Of a stretch of DNA of 64,000 bases, positions 46,278 to 61,089 are shown piece by piece (position 1 is the stretch's first letter; every line of letters begins with the position of its first letter). The notes below the pieces were generated by a model. It saw nothing but the letters and a program-made list of their open reading frames with translations, made no database searches and was not told the DNA's origin. Made by a program: the position numbers and the translations under genes. Source of the DNA: the human T2T-CHM13v2.0 reference genome, Homo sapiens. The stretch is taken from the NCBI RefSeq assembly GCF_009914755.1, contig NC_060947.1; one strand, 5' to 3'.

Positions 46278-47751
46278 TGGTAGAATCAACACGTCAAAGA
46301 TGAAAAGCCACTAACTAGCCATGAAACTTGATTCTGAACTAGAGCAATAATAAAAAAATACATAGAGAGATAGGAAAAGACAGAGGCAAAAAGCTAAAAG
46401 AGGCCATTGATGATACATAGTTGATGCCAGTAGGATATGGTGGATTTTCCATGTTTTAAACATGTGTATGGTTACCCAGTTGTTTAATCCCATCTACATA
46501 GCTGAAGCCAGCAGGTCTTGGACGTGACAGGGGAGTTATCTTCTGGTCCTCCTCGCTCAGGCTGGATGGCCCATAGCTGCAGACAGAGTACCAGGACAGC
46601 AGAAACACAGGGTGCCTGGGGTCATGTTCTGGAAACTGAAGCAAGTCAAATATGACCTTAGGCTGGAAAAGTTCTGAGAGGCATTGGAGGGACAGCACAT
46701 TCATGCCACCAGCTGGGCAGAGGGACCGGCATTTACTGCCTTTTGGGTTGAATGGTGCCACAAAATCTGAGTAACAAAGAGGTTAGAAACCTTGTCCTCA
46801 TTCTCCATTTGACAATAGGGAAACTGAGGTCTAGAGAGAGGAAGTGGATGAGAAGGGTGTGCGAAAACTGACAATCTCTTTTGCCTCCCAGAGAGGAGAA
46901 ATGGACTTTAAGACAGTCCTCTCCTGCTTGCAGGAGCAAAGCTTGGTCTCTGAGCCACAAATTATTTTTTGCCACATCAAATAACATTTCCATGGAATGT
47001 CAGAGACAGTTATTAGATGATAACTGGGCTTTAAATCCTTCTTCTGGGTTGGTGTTACTATATTAGACTCTGAGTCCAAGCAGCAAATCTTTGCAATGTG
47101 TAGGTTTCATAAACCAAAGCCCAAAGTTTCTTACAAACCCCATTCAAATGCACAAAGAATGATGGTTTAAAAACAAAGACAACTGGCTTCTTTCTCTTTC
47201 AGGTCTTACCCACCATTACAAATCATTGAGATCACATTAACACATACAACTGATTGATTGTAGTCTTAACTTCGATAAAACTAACCAAAGGAAACGCTAA
47301 ACCAAATATTTCCAATTTGTGTTTGTGAGCATTTCTGCAAAGGATGAAGATGGATATTGGAAAATTGTGCTCTGCAGGGGACAGAAGTATGTTGGTGACA
47401 GCAGGAGAAGGAGTGCAATAACTTGTGAGAAATTACACATTCTGCTTCCCACATGGTGACCCCCTGCCATGGGACCGAAATCGGAGATCCTGACTAGGAC
47501 CACCTCGTAGAATCAAAGGGGACTTCCCCGTCCATTCCTTGACCTTTGCTCACACCCCTTCAGTGCATCTCACCCTCTCTTTCTTATATTTATCAGGTGG
47601 AAGTTGAGTCCTCCCCCTTTAGAAAGAATCAATGTCTCTATTGACCTGACCTGGCAACAGGGCAATGTGCTAAGCATTATACACATTACAAAAATGGCAG
47701 GGTGGTTATTCCTGGGATCCCTCGGCAGCAGAATGTCTGAGTATCACCTAA

Positions 47752-48108
<357 letters not shown>

Positions 48109-48880
48109 TAATAATACTGGGCCTATGGTTGATGATGAAAAGCCAGTGTTGTAATTACTACTGGTGTCAGACCTTCAGTTCCATGAGAGCAGGGCTCAGT
48201 TCTGTTTTGTTTTCCACTGTCTCCAGCATCTGGTACAGTACCTGAAACCCAACAGGTATGCAAAATCTACTCGTTGAATAAATGAATGTTGAAGAAGCTC
48301 ACCTGAGGCCAAGAGTGAGAGTTGCTCCCTATAAATCATGGGTTTGCTGATGACACCTTCTGCAACCTGACCCAAAGCAACGGCTGCCCATGCCATGTGG
48401 CAGCCCCTGTGGAGAGAGGCAACAGCAAGCCTGAGACAGCAGCAAAGAAGCTGGGGAGTGATTTCTTTGCACTGTTTGGGCTCACCTGTCTTGATTTGGG
48501 AGAAGGGAGAAGATGAATGGTGTAACTGTACCTGATTTACATAGAGGATTCCTATTTGGGCAAAGCATTTTTGGCAAAGTAAAAGTTGTAAAGAGAGACC
48601 AGACCAGGTAACTCTTTTGAGATACCTTCGGTTTCATAGACAAGATACTCCAACCCAAGGTTTCGAAATGAAGATTGTGGATTGCGAGGGAGTGGCTCTT
48701 TCTTATTGGTTCTTGGAGTCAGGATTGATTTCCACCCAGAAGGAAGGCAGGGAGGTGGGTTTCAAGGAACCTGTTGGGGCCTGATAAGAATATGTTGGAT
48801 AGAAAGTTTAGTGAGAAGGAAAAAAAAAGCATTGCGCAGTCACCATAGACGACGGTTTGCAAAAAAAGGGCCAATACATT

Positions 48881-48899
48881 TTTATTTGAGCAATTTATT
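48881..48899 (-). terminator. GPC3: Tandem polyadenylation signals (AATAAA x2) of GPC3
   Basis: TTTATT on + at 48881-48886 and 48894-48899. U-rich downstream elements follow on - (A runs at 48861-48867 and 48820-48828 on +). Confidence 0.88.
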
Positions 48900-49001
48900 T
48901 TTTTTCAAAGAAATCCATGCAAAGAGAGAACGATAGAAAGGGAGGGAGTGAGAGAGAAAGACATGGTAACCATGTTCTAGCAGCCAAACATAGGAGAATA
49001 A

Positions 49002-49009
49002 TTTGGCAC
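49002..49009 (-). promoter_or_regulatory. miR-96/miR-1271 8mer seed match in the GPC3 3' UTR
   Basis: Minus strand GTGCCAAA is complementary to seed UUGGCAC plus A1. Confidence 0.6.
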
Positions 49010-49257
49010 AACTTGATGGTTTTTTTTCTTTCTTTGCAAAAGGACAATCTATATGCTACCACTAAAATGTATCTTCCTCCAAAAGATACCATTTGATTTT
49101 CGAAAACATAACACATGGTTAGTCCTCTACTTCATGGCTGGAGGAGGTATACAGGATAACAAAAAAAAAAAAATAGAAAAAAATAAGAAAGTGGTTCCCT
49201 TTATCGAGGAAGACCACAGGGTGCTGTAGGGCAGCACATGTGCTGGGCACCAGGCAG

Positions 49258-49450
<193 letters not shown>

Positions 49451-51789
49451 TGAAATGCAAGTCTACCCATAGCCTCAGTATAACACTATGCACAGCTCGA
49501 GCATGTGTCTGGACCACTGGAAAGCCTCAGCTTTGATTCCCTTTTTTATGGGGGAGAAAAAGGCCACTGTGAGATGGGAAAAAGAAGGATATGTGGGGGT
49601 GGGGGTGGGGAGAGGGGAGGCAGTGGAAGGAGCCAGCCAGAAGTGCTCCTTCCAGAGATCACAGCAAGCAGGAGTGGGGAGCGAACAGGCTGCACCCCAC
49701 TCCCCTTTGGCTGCATCCACATTGTAGGGTGCATGCTAGCCCTTTGCAACATCTCCTCCCAGGCAAGGTTTTGCTTGAAGGGCATTTTCACCAGATCTTA
49801 TGGGTATCAAAACGTAAGATGCCATATAGGTGACTATACCATGTGGTTGTGTTCTTGTGTGTATGTGTGCTGGTGGGGAGGGGGTGCTGTGGGTTCCCAG
49901 TGTACGTTTCTTAGGCCCTGCACCTTATATACATTTCCTTGTCCTGGGAGCTTTTCCTTAATTAGGGTTGAGGATAGGTAGTTTGCTGTTGAAAGTTGTT
50001 TTATTTTCCCAAATAATTCTCCTTTTATCTATAAGGTCTTTTCATTTCCCCCTAAAAAGAATCCTCGCAAAAAAGCAAAATTGATCAAAGCATAGATTTA
50101 AACTGATACCAAGTGAATGGGTGTAAGGAGAGGCTAATGGGCAAGAGCCTTTCATTCTTTGACTGCCTAGCATTTATGATATATGTTCATGATTCTGAAA
50201 AGAAATCAGGGTGTTATTTAGCTTGTCCTAAAGCAAAGGTGGCCCCAGAAGGCAAATCTAAGGAAGACAGTGGTTTATCAGGAAATTCAAGATGGCTGAC
50301 CCTGGCCAAGGGCTCATTATCTTTCAGATTTGCTTTTCCAGATTTAGAGATCAAATCTACTCTCTTGGCTCTTCTAGACTCCGTTGCCAATGTTGCTATT
50401 TCAATATCTTGTGAAGGTGATATGATGTGAGCAACTTCACCAGCCAACTGTCTGGTAGCCAAGGGAGCTAGAAAGATCCTTTGGGACACTGAGATGCCCG
50501 GCAACAGGCACAGAGGAAATGACTGGGATTCTACAGAGGGAAGGAAGGAAGAGGAAGGAAGAGCTTCTCTTACAGGGGATGAAACACTCAATAAGTCACA
50601 GGAAGAAAGCGTGGGGACTCAGCTGGTCCAGTACAGAGCAGGGCCCAGGACCAAGGCTCTGCTAAGGCTAGCACTGGTTAGGGCAGGCAGCAAGGTCAAA
50701 GTGATCAAAGCCAGGGAGTCTAATTTCACAGACTAAGATACCAATTTCCAAAAGGTCTATTGCAATCTATATTGCCACCAGCAATGATGAGAGAAACAAT
50801 TTTACGGCACCTCCATTGAAAAAAGATATTTTTTGCTAATATAAGGCGACATCTCAACGTTTCTTTAATTTGCAGGGATTTGATTACTAGTGCAGACAAA
50901 CTTTTCCTATGTTTTAGTTTACTAATTATATTTCTCAATGTGTAGTAGTTTATACCTTTTGCCTTTTTATCTAGTGGGTATTGATATTTTTCCTATTCAT
51001 TTTAATAATATATATTTTGTTGAACTTTTGCCTATATTTTATACAAATATTTTCTCCATTTTGTTATTAACTATAACTATTTTCATGGCTGTAGAAAGAA
51101 ATAATGTCCTAAGGTTTAAGATATATGAATCTGGTTACATTTTACTCATTTAAAAGCAGAGAGTTTTTCTTCCTGAGTACTCGTAATAATTCAAATCAAA
51201 TTTTCCAGGAAACTCTCTTACCCAGGGAGAAGCAATTGAGCAGACTACAATCTAGATTCCCTGCCTTCCAAAATAAATACCTACAAACAAAATAAAAAGA
51301 GAAAAAGAACAAAGAGCAATGCTCTACTTGGAAATTAGACCTCTTTCTTTGAAAGGTGAACTATGCAGGGTGCACAGAGAAGGCCGAGGTCAGCTGTCAG
51401 TCGGCAAGGATAGCACAGGCTTAGGTCATGATCGGGTTTCACCAAAGTGGAGAGCACATATGGCTAGATCTGTTGAAAGCCCAGCCTTGGTTCTCACAGC
51501 AACTTCTCAACTTAAATAAAGAGGAGTATTTTTAGGGTTGACCTGAATGCGAGCACTCTCAGCATTGCTTTCAGATTCCTTTTCTGGATAGTGCCCCTTG
51601 CCCAACATCAAGATGAAACAATATCTATTAATGTCACTACTCAGCTCCTACACTGTTTCTTTCTTCAAATCATCTGCTAACTTTCAACAGTTTTGTTTAC
51701 TGTAGTAGTTACGGCAAACCCAGAAGTTTTGTTAAATCCAGTTGTGTCTAATTTTTTTTTTTTTTTGCCAGTAAAGACCTCTTCTGATT

Positions 51790-52154
51790 TTGTTTGTTTT
51801 TTGTTTTGTTTTGTTTTTTTGAGACAGGGTCTTTCTGTGTCGCCCAGGCTGCAGTATAGTGGTGCGATCATGGCTCAATGCAGCCTCGATTTCCAGGGCT
51901 CAAGCAATCCTCCCACATTGGCCTCCCAAGTAGCTGGGGCCATGGCAAAACCCCGTCTCCAGAAAAAAAAAATACAAATAATAGTCAGGCATGTGCCACC
52001 CTGCCTGGCTATTATTTGTATTTTTTTTTTTTTTTCTAGAGACGGGGTTTTGCCATGTTGCCCAGGCTGGTCTCAAACTCCTGAGCTCAAGCGATCTGAC
52101 CACCTCGGCCTCCCAAAATTCTGGAATTACAAGTGTGAGCCACTGTGCCTGGCC
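51790..52154 (-). mobile_element. Alu (AluJ-like) with internal inverted duplication
   Basis: Alu motifs. 51941-51991 is the reverse complement of 52002-52057. Confidence 0.9.
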
Positions 52155-52214
52155 CTCTTTTGCTATTTCTATCTCTTGGGCCCTGTATTTTTTAATTATA
52201 GTAATGACCCCCAA

Positions 52215-52450
52215 CTACTGAGTCCTCACTGTAGGCCAGGCACTGTGTTAAACTATTTCCGTACATTATTTCATTGAATTTAACCATCTCCACGATGTTA
52301 TAAGGTAGGTATTATAATTCCCATTTTACTGGAGAGGAAGCTCAAGCTCAGGTTAATTATTTTGCCCATATTTACACAGCTGGTATGGGGTAGAAGAGCT
52401 ATTTGAGTCCAGGTCTGACTCTAAACCTCAAATGAAGCTACACTGCCTCT
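52215..52450 (-). mobile_element. MIR
   Basis: TTCCCATTTTACTGGAGAGGAAGCTCAAGCTCAG antisense core. Confidence 0.7.
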
Positions 52451-53321
52451 TGAAAAATTCTATATACCAAATAAACTACAGTAATTAAGTAGTAATGGAT
52501 TCTTCTTGAAAACAAACTCCATTAGTGAAATACACAGTGCCAAAGAGAACTTCCAAACAGCATGAGAGCAAAGTCACTGTTTGCACATAAAATTGACCAC
52601 ATACTTGATTAAGTAGCCTTGTTAAACTTTTTGAAATCCTGAAAAGAGCTCTGGGTTGGAAATGGGAATTATCATATCAGTTCTATTTCCCTGAAGAAAT
52701 CAACAATGATGGCCAAAGCCATTAGATACCCCAACCACAAAGGTGGCCAAGTCTTCTACCTCCAAAAGGCCCCCAGGAATATTCAGAACGCTATCTCCCT
52801 GTGTTCCATAAGCTATGGCTGCAGGTTTCCTGAGGCTCTTCATTCAGCAGTAGCAAAAGTTTATCAACCAATTCCATAGCCAGGCACCTGTGGCTTATAA
52901 TTGGTGGGAATCCCAGCAAAGCCACTGTACGCTTGGGCCACCATCATGAAGATTAGAGATAAAGGGAATAGCTTAGCACAATAATGAAGCATTATGGAGA
53001 CAGAGGAAATAGGATTTTTGGTGAAAGATAAATACAGACATTTCTGGACAGGGGAAATGTAATCCAATTTAATTCAACAAACAAAACTAGCCTATGATGT
53101 CTCAAGCATCACAGTTGAGGGTTAGAGAAAGACTTACTGTCTGCCTTCATGAGCCCCCTCACTGGCAAGGGAAATTGATCAAGAGACAATTCAACTAGCT
53201 ACGTGGCAGAAAGTAGAAAGGGCTCAGTTAAAGGCACAAGCAAAACACCTCGGGGATAGAAGAGAAAGAGATAAAAATTCCAAATAGAAAGATCTGGGAA
53301 GACTTCTTAAAACAATTGGGA

Positions 53322-53860
53322 TATCCCACTACTGGGTATCTACCCAAAGGAAAAGAAGTCATTCTATGAAAAAGACACATGAACACGCATGGTTATAGCA
53401 GCTCAATTTGCAATTGCAAAAATATGGATCCAGCCTAAGTGCCCATCAACCAACAAGTGGATAAAGAAAATGTGGTATACATACACCATGTAACACTACT
53501 CAGCCATAAAAATGAATGAAATAATGTCTTTTGCAGCAACTTGGATGGAGCCGGAGGCCATTATTCTAAGGGAAGTAACTCAGGAATGGAAAACCAAATA
53601 TCGTATGTTTTCACTTATAAGTGGGAACTAAGCTATGAGGACACAAAGGCATAAGAATGACATAATAGACACTGGGGACTCAGGGGACAGAGTGGGAGTG
53701 AGGTGAGGGATAAAAGACTACATATTGGGTACAGTGTATACTGCTTGGACGATAGGTGCACTAAAATCTGAAAATTCACCACTAAAGAACTCATCCATGT
53801 AACTAAATAACATCTGTACCCAAAAACTATTGAAATAAAAATAAAAAATAATAAAATTAA
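53322..53860 (+). mobile_element. L1PB/L1MA-type 3' end, inserted in L2
   Basis: ATCCCACTACTGGGTATCTACCCAAAGG...CACTTATAAGTGGGAACTAAGC, A-rich tail, AATTGGGA on both flanks. Confidence 0.88.
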
Positions 53861-54048
53861 GAATAATTGGGACATAATCTACACCATGAAGGATGGACAG
53901 AATTATGGCAGGGGCTGAATGAATGGTTATTCCAGGCAGAGGGTACAGCCTGACCAAAATCACCAAGCTCAGAGAATGTCTATGAGGCATATTCAGAAGC
54001 AGCAAGTAGCCTCCATGGTAGGAGGAGCCACAGAATGGACATTGTTGT

Positions 54049-54050
<2 letters not shown>

Positions 54051-54091
<41 letters not shown>
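54051..54091 (+). repeat. (TG)n(CG)n microsatellite
   Basis: Perfect TG run ending in CGCGC. Confidence 0.93.
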
Positions 54092-54092
<1 letters not shown>

Positions 54093-54954
54093 CTGTGGGG
54101 GAAGAGGTGGTGGGAGATGAAAGGTAAGGCGGAGGGACAAGTAAGAGCCAAATCATGGTGGATTAGGAAAGTAAAACTATTCTGTGAGCAACAGGGAGCC
54201 ACTGAAGGTTTTGAAGTAAACAAACAACACAATCTGATTTGTGTTTTTTAGAAAGATGATTGTTAACACTGTGGAAGACAGCTCTAAGAGGGAGAGACTT
54301 GTCAGACATCTTGTGTTGAAATAAACAAGAAGCCTGTGGGAATAGTATCTGGGGATCAGCCAGTAGCAAAGTTAAAAAAACAAAAACAAAAAAAAAACCC
54401 TACAAAGTGGCTAAATCTACATCAAACCAGAAACTTCTCAGTTTGCTACAAACCAGATGTATTATGAGAATCACCACAAACCATTCTCTTTTCAATCATT
54501 CATATCTTTATGTTTATCAGTGATTTTCCAGAATGTATTTTTGCTGTATTAGGTACATATTATAAAATGCACATAAATTGTTTCTATCTTGATCATCAGT
54601 GAGAACCTTTTGGGCCAGCAAGGAGATTTTCATGCTAAATCCAAAAATCTGTTTCTATTTGTAATCAGTTTAACTATGCCCAAAGGGTAGACTCAACATC
54701 TGTACTAATTACACATTCAGCCCCTGACTCTCATTTCGCCTTCATGTCCTTTGTGTTGTAGACTAGATAATTCTTTTTTAAAATAATTGTCAGTCATTAA
54801 GGTCTGCATTTTTTTGTGTGTTGAAAAGTTTTTCTGTATTGAGAAAAGCAATAAATAGAGAGCCCTCCATCTTTGGTTATTCAGCGTCTCCTAGCAGAGT
54901 CCCTAGGAGGCTGGTCTTAAATTCCTGGCCTCAAGTGATCCTGTGCATCCTGGC

Positions 54955-55115
54955 AGTCTGGAGCCCTGGGTTCCAAGCCTAGTTTAGCTACTGACTTATT
55001 ATCTCACCTTAGACAAGTCATTTCCTTCTTTTCTGGGCCTCAGTTGCCCCATCTGGTAAATCAAAGTGTTGAACTGGATGACCTCTAAGTTTCCTTCTAG
55101 TTTTATTTCTCTCTG
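54955..55115 (+). mobile_element. MIR
   Basis: CTGGGCCTCAGTTGCCCCATCTG core. Confidence 0.65.
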
Positions 55116-56258
55116 ATTCCAAGGCTCTTGCAGCCCACTGAGGGACATAGCCTGCTGCAGGCTGTAATCAGTCTTCCACTTACAGCAGCCAAGGTGGCTG
55201 TCCCTGACAGGGCCTCCATAAGCAAGTCAGGTCAATCAGTTGCTTCCCTTGGGATGTTTCTCTGGTGATATTCATCAGCTACCAAATTCTGAATTCTCTT
55301 TTTTTCTTGAGCTGTTTTTTAATCTTGGATGAGAGATCCTGGCTATAAACACATCCATGCTGGATTGTTTCTGTTTTGCTTTTAAACTCTGGCATAACAA
55401 CTTCCATTGGAGGCAGTACACACAGAGCTTTGGGGGAGAAGTTGCTGGACCTGGGGTGCATCAAGCAGGCATGGATAGGCATGCACAGGGGGATCTGGGA
55501 GCCAGGAAGACAAGCCTTTGGGCCCTTACAAAGCTAATGGAGTCTTGAGCACATAATAGGAAGCAAATGCTCACCCTCTGAGGGTGTGGGCTTCAAGGAG
55601 GATGATGCATTGCTATGAGGGCTTCACCCATACCAACAGGAAGACTTCACAGGGCAGACTGAAAGAAGTGCTGCTATCAAAATGCCAGGAGAGAAAACGC
55701 TACTGCTGAGCCAAGCATGGGGGTTTCTTACTTGCCAAGCTTGCATCAGCAGATGGCTTCAATCTGGCCCTAATATAGCAACAGAGCAATACTGCTATCT
55801 CTGTGTTTTGCATTTGCTGTGTACAGTTGGCCTCCAAGACATGCATACGTGAAACCTCAGGACATTGCTTGGCAACCCCCAGAGGCTGAAGCTGGGGGAA
55901 ATCTCTGGAGAAATCACATTCATTGCAATACTGCTCACTCTGCTGGCTGTTCCCACAGGAGCCACTGGGCTCTGCCATTCGCTCTTGAATCCAAAACAGA
56001 CCCTGGTTTCCTTGTTCTCCCTTCAGCACAACCCTCTTTCCTGCCACCTCAATACCTCCTCTTTTGTCAACTTTTAGATGTGAAATGACTAGACTTTAAA
56101 GCAGAAGAAAATGACTTTTCAAATGACCCTTGGGTCTCTGGGAGTCTAGATTTTCTTCTTCATAGATCAGATGAGGAGGACAAGAAATACTTGAGACCTC
56201 TGGTTTTTAACTGGTCTAATGGGACTTCTTTTGGGAATGGGCTCATTTAACAATCTGC

Positions 56259-56548
56259 CTTTTTTTTTAGACAGTCTCGCCGTGTCACCCAGGCTGGAGT
56301 GCAGTGGCGTGATCTTGGCTCACTGCAACCTCCACCTCCAGAGTTCAAGTGATTCTTGTGCCTCAGCCTCCTGAGTAGCTGGGATTACAAATACATACCA
56401 CCACTCCTGGATTATTTTTGTATATTTCATAGAGACAGGGTTTCACCATGCTGTCCAGGCTGGTCTCGAACTCCTGAGCTCAAGCGATCTGCCCGCCTTG
56501 GCCTCCCAAAGTGCGTGGATTACAGGTGTGAGCCACCACACCTGGCCC
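56259..56548 (-). mobile_element. Alu
   Basis: Full Alu. TSD ACAATCTGCCTTT. Confidence 0.92.
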
Positions 56549-57076
56549 ACAATCTGCCTTTCTGACAAACAAATGAATTGCTAATTTTGCCCACTAAATG
56601 ACAGTAACACCTGGGAATAATCCAATGGCCTCTCCTAGAAGAGGGTTTGGGCAATGAGATGTCCTCTTCATTTCTTATGGCTCATTCCAGCTTGCAAACA
56701 TCTTTAGTTACAACAATAGGATGTTGAAAGAATATAATGAATTTTTCCCATTAGCTGAGGCATGGCCTCTCTTATTGTAGGCCTCTGTTTCTCAATCTGG
56801 AGTATGTGTATCTTCAGATTACACTGCAGTGGGTTGTAGGTACATGAAGCCATCACATGCTTCTTCCTAGGGAATTGGGGGAAAGCACACTTTTTTATAC
56901 TAAAATATGCAAGGCTAATGATGGAGCAGAAATGTATTAGTTGCAAGCTCACTGAAGTCATCAGACATTTCCTGTTTAGCAGGTTATGTCTCAAATCCTC
57001 AGGAGTAGGGATTCACTCACCCTTCTCTGACGTAGTGGGGGGATTTAGGTAGAAAAATCTTAAAAACACTGTTAGA

Positions 57077-57419
<343 letters not shown>

Positions 57420-57654
57420 TCAACTACCACGCTGGACCTTCTGACTCACAAATTCCTGATGAGTGACTTAATGTAGTCTTTTCTATGGCAACTTCCTTGT
57501 TACGAGGGAAACATCACAGTGATTGTCCTTAACTAGGGCTCAGACTGCTTCCTTTTTCTAACACAAATGTTTCCAGGGGTTTTCAACCACCAGCTATGCT
57601 TCACTATTATGTGTAGCCATTAAGAAAGAAATAAAAAAGTCATATGGGCCACCA

Positions 57655-57959
57655 CTTACTTACATACTTACTATTTATAGAGATGGGGTCTCACTCTGTT
57701 TCCCAGTGCAGTGGCATAGTCATGGCTCACAGCAGCCTTGAATACCTGGACTCAAGCAATCCTGCCACCTCAGCCTCCCAAGTAGCTGGGACCACAGGTG
57801 TGTGCCACCACGTCTGGCTAATTTTTTTATTTTTATTTTTTGTAGAGACAGGGTCTTGCTCTGTTGCCCAGGCTGGTCTTAAACTCCTGGCCTCAAATTA
57901 TCCTCCTTCCTCAGCCTCCAAAGTGCTAGGATTACAGGCGTGAGCCACTGTGCCCGGCC
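57655..57959 (-). mobile_element. Alu (AluJ-like)
   Basis: Full Alu motifs. Confidence 0.88.
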
Positions 57960-58492
57960 TACCATAGTTATTTAGGCACATCATGAGTCAAACCATATTC
58001 CCAGGAACAGAACAACCCCATCCTGGAAGCACTGACAGTATGTGTGGGTAATGTGGGTGGTGGCTCTCCTCCACCAGCCCCAGCATTCTCACCACCTTCC
58101 CCAGCAGTGTCATGACCACTCCTCTGATGTCTACAGGTCCTTCTTGCCTGAGGCTGCCTAACAGCTCCACAGAGATCGAAGCTCATCAGAGCCTTTACTT
58201 CCCACAGGAAAGGTTATCTCATTCCCATGGGAAATGATGGGCCTAACAGTCAGTAGAAGAAGAGGAGCTGAGGACAGAGACACTGTACAGCAAGGGCCAG
58301 GGAAGAAGATCAAGATAACTGATCTAGAGAAGACAAGGGATGGGAAACACTTTAAAGAGGGGTGGGTTAACACGGTCAAATGTTGTGTAGGGGTCAAGAA
58401 AAGTAAAGACTGAAAAGAAGCCACTGTAGATGTTAAATAGAAGGTTATGGGTGATTTTTGGAAGATGTTTCAGTAGGATTGTTGGGTAAGAA

Positions 58493-58649
58493 ACCAGATG
58501 TGGCCATGGTGCCTGCCTGTAGTCCCAGCTACTTGGGTTGCTGAGGTGGGAGGCCAGGAGTTCAAGACTGTAGTGCACTATGATTACACCTATGAATAGC
58601 CACTGTATTCCAGTCTGGGCAACACAGCAAGACCCATCTGTTAAAAAAA
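58493..58649 (+). mobile_element. FLAM/FAM Alu monomer within L2
   Basis: GTGCACTATGAT...GAATAGCCACTGTATTCCAG monomer signature. Confidence 0.75.
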
Positions 58650-58894
58650 GACAGTGATTAGTGAGTTAAGGAGAGAGGGGGAGCTAATGTGGATTCTCTG
58701 AGAAGTCTGAGAGTGAGTGAAATGAGGCATTTGCCACCCTGACTGTGCCTGGGGTGCATGGCAGTGCTGTTAGTGCCACAACACCTCACCAGTCTGTACA
58801 ACCAAGTTTTGTTAGATGGTGCCTCTAGAATTCCAAAGCAAAATGGCCTTTTAAAATACTATATTCTTGCTGTCATTGATGCATAAACAACCTG

Positions 58895-60480
58895 TAACCA
58901 GATACTCAAACAGATACTTGTATGCCAATGTTCATTGCATTGTATTCCTAATAGCTGAAAGGTGGAAAGAACCTAAGTGTCCATCAACAGATGAATGGAG
59001 ACACAAAATGTGGTACGTCCATTCAATGGACTATTAGCCAAAAAAAAAAAGGAATGATGTACTGATAAATGGCACCACATGAATGAACCTTGAGCGAGAC
59101 TCTGTCTCATAAATAAACAAACAAGCAAACAAACGGGGATGTCAATTTCTAAAGGTTGACAAACACTGATAGGACTTTAACTACTTCTAATATGTTGGTG
59201 GCCCTAAATTCTCCACAAGGTAGTCATTTCTCTAACTTATCTCCTCTTGCTGTTAGTTTTTAGTTGCACCACACACATATTGAAATTAGCCTGCATTCTA
59301 GAATAACACAGAAACTTATGCTGGAATTCTTCAGCTTGTCCAATTTTCAGCCCTTACAAGTTCTGAGACATTAAGGTTATTATTACTTAAATGTTCCTCA
59401 CTTTCTTTTGTGTCATTCCAGGTCAGCCAAAAGAATTATTTTCCATAATGATATGTATACACCTCTTCTACCTAGCTAAAGAACAACTTAATATACACAT
59501 TAAGAAGGATGTGGAATAGCCAAGATTAAAAAAAAAAAACTTAAAAAAAAACCATTATAGTAAGTGAAAGAAGCCAGTCACAAAATGCCATATAGTATAT
59601 AATTCCATTTATATGAAATGTCCAGCATAAACAAATAGAGAGAGAGAGAAAGTAGATTAGTGATTGCCAGTGGCTGGGGGTAGGGGAAGGGTGAGTTACA
59701 GCTTAAAAGTTACAGAGTTTCTTTTTGGGATGATGAAATATTTTGGAAATAGTGGTGATGGTTGCACAACATTGTAAATGAAATTAACACCACTGAATTG
59801 TATACTTTAAAATGGTTCAAATGTGAAGAAAGGGGAACCCTTGTACACTGTTGGTAGAGATGTAAACAACCACTATGGAGAACAGTTTGGAGGTTCCTCA
59901 AAAAACAAAAAATAAAACAACCATATGATCCAGCAATCCTACTGCTAGGTATATACTCAAAAGAAAGGGAATCAGTATATCGAAGAGATATCTGTACTTC
60001 CAGGTTTGTTGTAGTACTATTCACAATAGCCCAGCTTTGGAATTAACCTAAGTGTGCATCAATAGATGAATGGATAAAGAAAATGTGGTATGTATACACA
60101 GTGGAGTACTATTCAGCTATAAAAAAGAATGAGATCCTATCATTTGCAACAACGTGGATGGAATTGGAGGCCATTATGTTGAGTGAAATAAGCCAGGCAC
60201 AGAAAGACAAAAATTGCATGTTCTCACTCATATGTGGGAGCTAAAAAATAGATCTCATGAAGGTAGATTGGTGGTTACCAGAGGCTGGGAAGGGGAGAAG
60301 CAGGAGGGATGAAGGAGAAAAAAAGAATACAAATGTATTTATTACCACTGAACTGCACACTCAAAATTAATAAAGATAGCAAAGTATATATGTATATTTT
60401 ACCTCAATAAAAAATAAAAATTGGTTAAAATAGCAAAGTTTACATTCTATATATTTTGCCATAATTTAAAGAAAAAAAAA
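58895..60480 (+). mobile_element. L1M fragments with a nested L1MA-like insertion (about 59826-60420)
   Basis: L1 3' UTR motifs. AAAATGGTT / AAAATTGGTT flank the nested copy. Confidence 0.78.
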
Positions 60481-60770
60481 CTTACACTAGAAACCAAGAG
60501 ATAACAGCATCTGGGGATGCTCCCTAGTTCCTAAGGGGAGTGCACCACTACTCTGGTATCTTACCTTGTAGAGGGGTCTGTGTGTGAATATACCTGATAC
60601 CAAAGCATCCATGCCAAATGGTACTCGTCTGTGCTTTGAAAGTCAAGTTAAGTTGTGCAAAAGAATGAAGATGAATGGATATTTGAGTGCTACCCTGGAA
60701 TAGCAGATATAGATAGCTCTTCAACTGGGAATGGGGAAGAGGGTAATTTTCACCAAGAATTTTAATCTGA

Positions 60771-61089
<319 letters not shown>

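Larger units (their letters stand above)
48870..49257 (-). other. GPC3: GPC3 3' UTR (3' end approximate)
   Basis: Repeat-free sequence between the TGA stop (49258-49260) and the tandem AATAAA signals. U-rich tract at 49160-49184. Confidence 0.88.
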
